Part shown: positions 42,204 to 54,200 of the stretch, one piece after another
How positions within the stretch are numbered: the first letter of the stretch is position 1
How the letters are laid out: the number at the start of each line of letters is the position of its first letter
From: Eledone cirrhosa
Taxonomy: Eukaryota
Assembly: GCA_964016885.1 (NCBI GenBank)
Contig: OZ024740.1
Span: forward strand, 296,112,001 to 296,176,000
Direction of reading: 5' to 3'
Length of the DNA stretch: 64,000 bases
The notes under the pieces: model-generated
Database searches by the model: none
What the model saw: only the letters and a program-made list of their open reading frames with translations
Told to the model about the DNA's origin: nothing
Program-made: the position numbers and the translations under genes

Positions 42204-45200
42204 AAATTGATGCTGAAATATTTTGGAAAAAATGACGAAATTTTCTGGAAAAAATGACGAAATTTTCTGGAAAAATTGACGAAATATTCTGGATAAATTG
42301 ACGAAATATTCGTGAAAAATGTCGAAATTTTTTGGAAACAATGACGAAATTTTCGGGAAATATTGACGAAATTTTCTGTGAAAAATGCCGAAATTTTCGG
42401 GGAAAACGTCGAAAATTTCGGCAAAAATTGTTGAAATTTTCGGCAGAAATTGTTGAAATTTTCAGCTGAAACTGACGAAATTTTCGGGAAAAAATGACGA
42501 AATTTCCGGCAAAAATTTACGAAATTTTCATGAAAAATAATGAATGAAATTTTCTGTAAAAATTGACGAAAGTTTCGGGAAAAAATACTGAAATTTTCTG
42601 GAAAAAATGACGAAATTTTTAGCAAAAATGACGAAATTTTCTGGAAAAATTGACGAAATATCCTGGATAAATTGACGAAATATTCGGCAAAAAATGTCGA
42701 AATTTTTTTGAAAAAATGACGAAATTATCGGCAAAAAATGATGAAATTTTCGGGAAAAATTGACGAAATTTTCTTTGATAAATGCCGAAATTTTCGGGAA
42801 AAAACGTCGAAATTTTCGGCTGAAACTGACGAAATTTTCGGCAAAAATTGACGATATTTTCGGGAAAAAACGCCGAAATTTTCGAGGAAAAATGAAAAGA
42901 TTTTCGGCCAAAATGACGAAATTTTCGGGGAAAAACGACGAAATTTTCGTGAAAAAATGCCCAAATGTTCGGCAAAAAATGACGAAATTTTCGGCAAAAA
43001 TTAGGAGGTAGAATCTTAGGGGGTAGAACCTTAGGAGGTAAAACCTTAGGAGGTAGAACCAAGGGGTAGAACCTTAGGGGGAATCCATTTTTTATTTCGG
43101 TGATCCATTTTCTATTTGGGGGATCCATTTTTTATTTCGGTGATCCATTTTTTATTTGGGTGATCCATTTTTTATTTGATGGATCTCCCAAATAAAAAAT
43201 GGATCACCCAAATAAAAAATGGATCCCCCAAATAAAAAATGGATCACCCAAATAAAAAATGGATCACCCAAATAAAAACTTGATCCTCCAAATAAAAAAT
43301 TGATCACCCAAATAAAAAATGGATCCCCCAAATAAAAAATGGATCCCCCAAATAAAAAATGGATCCCCCAAATAAAAAATGGATCACCCAAATAAAAACT
43401 GGATCCCCCAAATAAAAATTGGATCCCCCAAATAAAAAATTGATCACCCAAATAAAAAATGGATCGCCCAAATAAAAAATGGATCCAAAAAATTAAAAAT
43501 GGATCACCCAAATAAAAAATGGATCACCCAAATAAAAAATGGATACCCCAAATAAAAAATGGATCACCCAAATAAAAAATGGACCCCCAAATAAAAAATG
43601 GATCACCCAAATAAAAAATGGATCACCCAAATAAAAAATGGATACCCAAATAAAAAATGGATCACGCAAATAAAAAATGGATCCGCCAAATAAAAAATGG
43701 ATCACCCAAATAAAAAATGGATCCCCCAAATAAAAAATGGATCACCCAAATAAAAAATGGATCCCCCAAATAAAAAATGGATCCCCCAAATAAAAAATGG
43801 ATCCCCCAAATAAAAAATGGATCACCCAAATTAAAAATGGATCACCCAAATAAAAAATGGATCGCCCAAATAAAAAATGGATCACCCAAATAAAAAATGG
43901 ATCACCCAAATAAAAAATGGATCCCCCAAATAAAAAATAGATCCCCCAAATAAAAAATGGATCACCCTAATAAAAAATGGATCACCCAAATAAAAAATGA
44001 ATCCCCCAAATAAAAAATGGATCACCCTAATAAAAAATGGATCCCCCCAAATAAAAAATGGATCACCCAAATAAAAAATGGATCCCTTTTTTATTTAGCG
44101 GATCCATTTTTTATTTCGGGGATCCATTTTTTATTTGGCTGATCCATTTTTTATTTGGGTGATCCATTCTTTATTTGGGGGATCCATTTTTTATTTGGGT
44201 GATCCATTTTTAATTTGGGTGATCCATTTTTTATTTGGGGGATCCATTTTTTATTTGGGTGATCCATTTTTTATTTGGGGGATCCATTTTTTATTTCGGT
44301 GATCCATTTTTTATTTGGGTGATCCATTTTTTATTTGGGGGATCCATTTTTTATTTGGGTGATCCATTTTTTATTTGGTGGATCCAATTTTTATTTGGGG
44401 GATCCATTTTTTATTTGGGTGATCCATTTTTTATTTGGGGTATCCATTTTTAATTTGGGTGATCCATTTTTTATTTGGGTGATCCATTTTTTATTTGAGG
44501 GATACATTTTTTATTTGGGGGATCCATTTTTTATTTGATGGATCTCCCAAATAAAAAATGGATAACCCAAATAAAAAATGGATCACCCAAATTGATGCTG
44601 AAATATTTTGGAAAAAATGACGAAATTTTCTGGAAAAAATGACGAAATTTTCTGGAAAAATTGACGAAATATTCTGGATAAATTGACGAAATATTCGTGA
44701 AAAATGTCGAAATTTTTTGGAAACAATGACGAAATTTTCGGGAAATATTGACGAAATTTTCTGTGAAAAATGCCGAAATTTTCGGGGAAAACGTCGAAAA
44801 TTTCGGCAAAAATTGTTGAAATTTTCGGCAGAAATTGTTGAAATTTTCAGCTGAAACTGACGAAATTTTCGGGAAAAAATGACGAAATTTCCGGCAAAAA
44901 TTTACGAAATTTTCATGAAAAAATGATGAAATTTTCTGTAAAAATTGACGAAAGTTTCGGGAAAAAATACTGAAATTTTCTGGAAAAAATGACGAAATTT
45001 TTAGCAAAAATGACGAAATTTTCTGGAAAAATTGACGAAATATCCTGGATAAATTGACGAAATATTCGGCAAAAAATGTCGAAATTTTTTTGAAAAAATG
45101 ACGAAATTATCGGCAAAAAATGATGAAATTTTCGGGAAAAATTGACGAAATTTTCTTTGATAAATGCCGAAATTTTCGGGAAAAAACGTCGAAATTTTCG

Positions 45201-48200
45201 GCTGAAACTGACGAAATTTTCGGGAAAAAATGATGAAATTTTTGGCAAAAATTGACTAAATTTTCCGGAAAAAACGACGAAATATTCGGCAAAAAATTGA
45301 CGAAATTTTCGTGAAAAAATGCCGAAATTTTCCGCAAAAATTGACTAAATTTTCGGGGAAAATTGACGAAATTTTCGGTAAAAAATCAGGAATTTTTAGG
45401 CAAAAATTGACGAAATTTTCGGGAAAAATTGACGAAATTTTCGGGGGAAAATGCCGAAACTTTAGGGAAAAAAATGATAAAATTTTCGGCAAAAATTGAC
45501 TACATTTTCGGGAAAAAATGACGAAAGTTTCGGCAAAAAGTGACGAAATTTTCTTGGAAAAATGCCGAAATTTATCTGGAAAAAACGTCGAAATTTTCGG
45601 CAAAAATTGTTGAAATTTTCGGCTGAAATTGACGAAATTTTCGGGAAAAAATGATGAAATTTTCGGCAAAAATTGACTAAATTTTCCGGAAAAAATCACG
45701 AAATTTTCGGCAAAAAATGACGAAATTTTCGTGAAAAAATGCCGAAATTTTCTGCAAAAATTGACTAAATTTTCTGTAAAAATTGACGAAATTTTCGGTA
45801 AAAAATGAGGAATTTTTAGGCAAAAATTGACGAAATTTTCGGGAAAAAATGCCGAAATTTTAGGGGAAAAAATGATGAAATTTTCGGCAAGAATTGACGA
45901 CATTTTCGGAAAAAAATGACGAAAGTTTCGGGAAAAAATGCCTAAATTTTCGGGAAAAAAGGACGAAATTTTCGGTAAAAAGTGACGAAATTTTCGGCAA
46001 AAATTGACGAAATTTTCGGCAGAATTTGACGAAATTTTCTTCAAAAAAATCCGAAATTTTCGGCAAAAATTGATATTTTCGGGAAAAAACGCCGAAATTT
46101 TCGAGGAAAAATGAAAAAAATTTCGGCCAAAATGACGAAATTTTCGGGAAAAAACGACGAAATTTTCGTGAAAAAATGCCCAAATGTTCGGAAAAAATGA
46201 CGAAATTTTCGGCAAAAATTAGGAGGTAGAATCTTAGGAGGTAAAACCTTAGGAGGTAGAACCAAGGGGTAGAACCTTAGGGGGAATCCATTTTTTATTT
46301 CGGTGATCCATTTTCTATTTGGGGGATCCATTTTTTATTTCGGTGATCCATTTTTTATTTGGGTTATCCATTTTTTATTTGATGGATCTCCCAAATAAAA
46401 AATGGATCACCCAAATAAAAAATGGATCACCCAAATAAAAAATGGATCACCCAAATAAAAACTTGATCCTCCAAATAAAAAATGGATCACCCAAATAAAA
46501 AATGGATCCCCCAAATAAAAAATGGATCCCCCAAATAAAAAATGGATCCCCCAAATAAAAAATGGATCACCCAAATAAAAACTGGATGCCCCAAATAAAA
46601 AATGGATCCCCCAAATAAAAAATTGATCACCCAAATAAAAAATGGATCGCCCAAATAAAAAATGGATCCAAAAAATTAAAAATGGATCACCCAAATAAAA
46701 AATGGATCCCTTTTTTATTTAGCGGATCCATTTTTTATTTCGGGGATCCATTTTTTATTTGGCTGATCCATTTTTTATTTGGGTGATCCATTCTTTATTT
46801 GGGGGATCCATTTTTTATTTGGGTGATCCATTTTTAATTTGGGTGATCCATTTTTTATTTGGGGGATCCATTTTTTATTTGGGTGATCCATTTTTTATTT
46901 GGGGGATCCATTTTTTATTTCGGTGATCCATTTTTTATTTGGGTGATCCATTTTTTATTTGGGGGATCCATTTTTTATTTGGGTGATCCATTTTTTATTT
47001 GGTGGATCCAATTTTTATTTGGGGGATCCATTTTTTATTTGGGTGATCCATTTTTTATTTGGGGTATCCATTTTTAATTTGGGTGATCCATTTTTTATTT
47101 GGGTGATCCATTTTTTATTTGAGGGATACATTTTTTATTTGGGGGATCCATTTTTTATTTGATGGATCTCCCAAATAAAAAATGGATCACCCAAATAAAA
47201 AATGGATCACCCAAATTGATGCTGAAATATTCTGGAAAAATTGACGAAATTTTCGGGAAAAAATGATGAAATTTTCGGCAAAAATTGACTAAATTTTCCG
47301 GAAAAAATCACGAAATTTTCGGCAGGAATGACGAAATTTTCGTGAAAAAATGCCTAAATTTTCCGCAAAAATTGACTAAATTTTCTGTAAAAATTGACGA
47401 AATTTTCGGTCAATAATGAGGAATTTTTAGGCAAAAATTGATGAAATTTTCGGGAAAAAATGCCGAAATTTTAGGGGAAAAAATAATGAAATTTTCGGCA
47501 AAAATTGACGACATTTTCGGGAAAAAATGACGAAAGTTTCGGGAAAAATGGATCACCCAAATAAAAAATGGATCACCCAAATAAAAAATGGATACCCCAA
47601 ATAAAAAATAGATCACCCAAATAAAAAATGGACCCCCAAATAAAAAATGGATCACCCAAATAAAAAATGGATCACCCAAATAAAAAATGGATACCCAAAT
47701 AAAAAATGGATCACGCAAATAAAAAATGGATCCCCCAAATAAAAAATGGATCACCCAAATAAAAAATGGATCCACCAAATAAAAAATGGATCACACAAAT
47801 AAAAAATGGATCCCCCAAATAAAAAATGGATCCCCCAAATAAAAAATGGATCCCCCAAATAAAAAATGGATCACCCAAATTAAAAATGGATTACCAAATA
47901 AAAAATGGAACGCCCAAATAAAAAATGGATCGCCCAAATAAAAAATGGATCACCCAAATAAAAAATGGATCACCCAAATAAAAAATGGATCCCCCAAATA
48001 AAAAATAGATCCCCCAAATAAAAAATGGATCCCCCAAATAAAAAATGGATCACCCTAATAAAAAATGGATCACCCAAATAAAAAATGGATCCCCCAAATA
48101 AAAAATGGATCCCCCAAATAAAAAATGGATCACCCTAATAAAAAATGGATCCCCCCAAATAAAAAATGGATCACCCAAATAAAAAATGGATCCCTTTTTT

Positions 48201-51200
48201 ATTTGGGGGATCCATTTTTTATTTGGGGGAACCATTTTTTATTTGGGTGATCCATTTTTTACTTGGGTGACCCATTTTTTATTTGGGGTATCCATTTTTA
48301 ATTTGGGTGATCCATTTTTTATTTGGGTGATCCATTTTTTTATTTGAGGGATCCATTTTTTATTTGAGGGATACATTTTTTATTTGGGGGATCCATTTTT
48401 TATTTGATGGATCTCCCAAATAAAAAATGGATCACCCAAATAAAAAATGGATCACCCAAATTAATGCTGAAATTTTCTGGAAAAAATGACGAAATTTTCT
48501 GGAAAAAATGACGAAATTTTCAGCAAAAATGACGAAATTTTCTGGAAAAATTGACGAAATATTCTGGATAAATTGACGAAATATTCGTGAAAAAATGTCG
48601 AAATTTTTTGGAAACAATGACGAAATTGTCGTCAAAAAATGACGAAATTTTCGGGAAATATTGACGAAATTTTCTGTGAAAAATGCCGAAATTTTCGGGA
48701 AAAAACGTCGAAATTTTCGGCAAAAATTGTTGAAATTTTCGGCTGAAACTGACGAAATTTTCGGGAAAAAATGACGAAATTTTTAGCAAAAATGACGAAA
48801 TTTTCTGGAAAAATTGACGAAATATCCTGGATAAATTGACGAAATATTCGGTAAAAAATGTCGAAATTTTTGGAAAAAATGACGAAATTATCGGCAAAAA
48901 ATGATGAAATTTTCGGAAAAAATTGACGAAATTTTCTTTGAAAAATGCCGAAATTTTCGGGAAAAAACGTCGAAATTTTCGCTGAAACTGACGAAATTTT
49001 CGGGAAAAAATGATGAAATTTTGGGCAAAAATTGACTACATTTTCCGGAAAAAATCACGAAATTTTCGGCAAAAAATGACGAAATTTTCGTGAAAAAATG
49101 CCGAAATTTTCCGCAAAAATTGACTAAATTTTCGGGGAAAATTGACGAAATTGTCGGTAAAAAATCAGGAATTTTTAGGCAAAAATTGACGAAATTTTCG
49201 GGAAAAATTGACGAAATTTTCGGGGGAAAATGCCGAAACTTTAGGGAAAAAAATGATAAAATTTTCGGCAAAAATTGACTACATTTTCGGGAACAAATGA
49301 CGAAAGTTTCGGCAAAAAGTGACGAAATTTTCTTGGAAAAATGCCAAAATTTATCTGGAAAAAACGTCGAAATTTTCGGCAAAAATTGTTGAAATTTTCG
49401 GCTGAAATTGACGAAATTTTCGGGAAAAAATGATGAAAATTTTCGGCAAAAATTGTCTAAATTTTCCGGAAAAAATGACGAAATTTTCGGCAAAAAATGA
49501 CGAAATTTTCGTGAAAAAATGCCGAAATTTTCCGCAAAAATTGACTAAATTTTCTGTAAAAATTGACGATATTTTCGGGAAAAAACGCCGAAATTTTCGA
49601 GGAAAAATGAAAAAATTTTCGGCCAAAATGACGAAATTTTCGGGAAAAAACGACGAAATTTTCGTGAAAAAATGCCCAAATGTTCGGAAAAAATGACGAA
49701 ATTTTCGGCAAAAATAAGGAGGTAGAATCTTAGGGGGTAGAACCTTAGGAGGTAAAACCTTAGGAGGTAGAACCAAGGGGTAGAACCTTAGGGGGAATCC
49801 ATTTTTTATTTCGGTGATCCATTTTCTATTTGGGGGATCCATTTTTTATTTCGGTGATCCATTTTTTATTTGGGTTATCCATTTTTTATTTGATGGATCT
49901 CCCAAATAAAAAATGGATCACCCAAATAAAAAATGGATCACCCAAATAAAAAATGGATCACCCAAATAAAAACTTGATCCTCCAAATAAAAAATGGATCA
50001 CCCAAATAAAAAATGGATCCCCCAAATAAAAAATGGATCCCCCAAATAAAAAATGGATCCCCCAAATAAAAAATGGATCACCCAAATAAAAACTGGATGC
50101 CCCAAATAAAAAATGGATCCCCCAAATAAAAAATTGATCACCCAAATAAAAAATGGATCGCCCAAATAAAAAATGGATCCAAAAAATTAAAAATGGATCA
50201 CCCAAATAAAAAATGGATCCCTTTTTTATTTAGCGGATCCATTTTTTATTTCGGGGATCCATTTTTTATTTGGCTGATCCATTTTTTATTTGGGTGATCC
50301 ATTCTTTATTTGGGGGATCCATTTTTTATTTGGGTGATCCATTTTTAATTTGGGTGATCCATTTTTTATTTGGGGGATCCATTTTTTATTTGGGTGATCC
50401 ATTTTTTATTTGGGGGAATCCATTTTTTATTTCGGTGATCCATTTTTTATTTGGGTGATCCATTTTTTATTTGGGGGATCCATTTTTTATTTGGGTGATC
50501 CATTTTTTATTTGGTGGATCCAATTTTTATTTGGGGGATCCATTTTTTATTTGGGTGATCCATTTTTTATTTGGGGTATCCATTTTAATTTGGGTGATCC
50601 ATTTTTTATTTGGGTGATCCATTTTTTATTTAAGGGATACATTTTTTATTTGGGGGATCCATTTTTTATTTGATGGATCTCCCAAATAAAAAATGGATCA
50701 CCCAAATTGATGCTGAAATATTCTGGAAAAATTGACGAAATTTTCTGAAAAAAATGCCGAAAGTTTAGGGAAAAAAATGATGAAATTTTCGGCAAAAATT
50801 GACGACATTTTCGGGAAAGAATTACGAAAGTTTCGGCAAAAAGTGACGAAATTTTCTGGAAAAAACGTCGAAATTTTCGGCAAAAATCGTTGAAATTTTC
50901 GGCTGAAATTGACGAAATTTTCGGGAAAAAATGATGAAATTTTCGGCAAAAATTGACTAAATTTTCCGGAAAAATCACGAAATTTTCGGCAAAAATGACG
51001 AAATTTTCGTGAAAAAATGCCTAAATTTTCCGCAAAAATTGACTAAATTTTCTGTAAAAATTGACGAAATTTTCGGTGAATAATGAGGAATTTTTAGGCA
51101 AAAATTGACGAAATTTTCGGGAAAAAATGCCGAAATTTTAGGGGAAAAAATAATGAAATTTTCGGCAAAAATTGACGACATTTTCGGGAAAAAATGACGA

Positions 51201-54200
51201 AAGTTTCGGGAAAAAATGCCTAAATTTTCGGGAAAAAAGGACGAAATTTTCGGTAAAAAGTGACGAAATTTTCGGCAAAAATTGACGAAATTTTCGGCAG
51301 AATTTGACGAAATTTTCTTCAAAAAAATCCGAAATTTTCGGCAAAAATTGACGATATTTTCGGGAAAAAACGCCGAAATTTTCGAGGAAAAATGAAAAGA
51401 TTTTTCGGCCAAAATGACGAAATTTTCGGGGAAAAACGACGAAATTTTCGTGAAAAAATGCCCAAATGTTCGGCAAAAAATGACGAAATTTTCGGCAAAA
51501 ATTAGGAGGTAGAATCTTAGGGGGTAGAACCTTAGGAGGTAAAACCTTAGGAGGTAGAACCAAGGGGTAGAACCTTAGGGGGAATCCATTTTTTATTTCG
51601 GTGATCCATTTTCTATTTGGGGGATCCATTTTTTATTTCGGTGATCCATTTTTTATTTGGGTGATCCATTTTTTATTTGATGGATCTCCCAAATAAAAAA
51701 TGGATCACCCAAATAAAAAATGGATCCCCCAAATAAAAAATGGATCACCCAAATAAAAAATGGATCACCCAAATAAAAACTTGATCCTCCAAATAAAAAA
51801 TTGATCACCCAAATAAAAAATGGATCCCCCAAATAAAAAATGGATCCCCCAAATAAAAAATGGATCCCCCAAATAAAAAATGGATCACCCAAATAAAAAC
51901 TGGATCCCCCAAATAAAAATTGGATCCCCCAAATAAAAAATTGATCACCCAAATAAAAAATGGATCGCCCAAATAAAAAATGGATCCAAAAAATTAAAAA
52001 TGGATCACCCAAATAAAAAATGGATCACCCAAATAAAAAATGGATACCCCAAATAAAAAATGGATCACCCAAATAAAAAATGGACCCCCAAATAAAAAAA
52101 GGATCACCCAAATAAAAAATGGATCACCCAAATAAAAAATGGATACCCAAATAAAAAATGGATCACGCAAATAAAAAATGGATCCCCCAAATAAAAAATG
52201 GATCACCCAAATAAAAAATGGATCCCCCAAATAAAAAATGGATCACCCAAATAAAAAATGGATCCCCCAAATAAAAAATGGATCCCCCAAATAAAAAATG
52301 GATCCCCCAAATAAAAAATGGATCACCCAAATTAAAAATGGATCACCCAAATAAAAAATGGATCGCCCAAATAAAAAATGGATCACCCAAATAAAAAATG
52401 GATCACCCAAATAAAAAATGGATCCCCCAAATAAAAAATAGATCCCCCAAATAAAAAATGGATCCCCCAAATAAAAAATGGATCACCCTAATAAAAAATG
52501 GATCACCCAAATAAAAAATGGATCCCCCAAATAAAAAATGGATCACCCTAATAAAAAATGGATCCCCCCAAATAAAAAATGGATCACCCAAATAAAAAAT
52601 GGATCCCTTTTTTATTTAGCGGATCCATTTTTTATTTCGGGGATCCATTTTTTATTTGGCTGATCCATTTTTTATTTGGGTGATCCATTCTTTATTTGGG
52701 GGATCCATTTTTTATTTGGGTGATCCATTTTTAATTTGGGTGATCCATTTTTTATTGGGGGATCCATTTTTTATTTGGGTGATCCATTTTTTATTTGGGG
52801 GATCCATTTTTTATTTCGGTGATCCATTTTTTATTTGGGTGATCCATTTTTTATTTGGGGGATCCATTTTTTATTTGGGTGATCCATTTTTTATTTGGTG
52901 GATCCAATTTTTATTTGGGGGATCCATTTTTTATTTGGGTGATCCATTTTTTATTTGGGGTATCCATTTTTAATTTGGGTGATCCATTTTTTATTTGGGT
53001 GATCCAATTTTTATTTGAGGGATACATTTTTTATTTGGGGGATCCATTTTTTATTTGATGGATCTCCCAAATAAAAAATGGATCACCCAAATAAAAAATG
53101 GATCACCCAAATTGATGCTGAAATATTCTGGAAAAAATGACGAAATTTTCTGGAAAAAATGACGAAATTTTCTGGAAAAATTGACGAAATATTCTGGATA
53201 AATTGACGAAATATTCGTGAAAAATGTCGAAATTTTTTGGAAACAATGACGAAATATTCGGGAAATATTGACGAAATTTTCTGTGAAAAATGCCGAAATT
53301 TTCGGGGAAAACGTCGAAATTTTCGGCAAAAATTGTTGAAATTTTCGGCAGAAATTGTTTAAATTTTCGGCTGAAACTGACGAAATTTTCGGGAAAAAAT
53401 GACGAAATTTCCGGCAAAAATTTACGAAATTTTCATGAAAAAATGATGAAATTTTCTGTAAAAATTGACGAAAGTTTCGGGAAAAAATACTGAAATTTTC
53501 TGGAAAAAATGACGAAATTTTTAGCAAAAATGACGAAATTTTCTGGAAAAATTGACGAAATATCCTGGATAAATTGACGAAATATTCGGCAAAAAATGTC
53601 GAAATTTTTTTGAAAAAATGACGAAATTATCGGCAAAAAATGATGAAATTTTCGGGAAAAATTGACGAAATAATCTTTGATAAATGCCGAAATTTTCGGT
53701 AAAAAACGTCGAAATTTTCGGCTGAAACTGACGAAATTTTCGGGAAAAAATGATGAAATTTTTGGCAAAAATTGACTAAATTTTCCGGAAAAAATGACGA
53801 AATATTCGGCCAAAAATGTCGAAATTTTCGTGAACAAATGCCGAAATTTTCCGCAAAAATTGACTAAATTTTCGGGGAAAATTGAATAAATTTTCGGGGA
53901 AAATTGACGAAATTTTCGTTAAAAAATCAGGAATTTTAAGGCAAAAATTGACGAAATTTTCGGGAAAAATTGACGAAATTTTCGGGGGAAAATGCCGAAA
54001 CTTTAGGGAAAAAAATGATAAAATTTTCGGCAAAAATTGACTACATTTTCGGGAAAAAATGACGAAATTTTCGTGAAAAAATGCCGAAATTTTCCGCAAA
54101 AATTGACTAAATTTTCTGTAAAAATTGACGAAATTTTCGATAAAAAATGAGGAATTTTTAGGCAAAAAATTGACGAACTTTTCGGGAAAAAATTCCGAAT

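Noticed and set aside
44590-46218. CENP-B-box-like TTCG..CGGG words in monomer A
   Set aside because: The spacing does not fit TTCGnnnnAnnCGGG.
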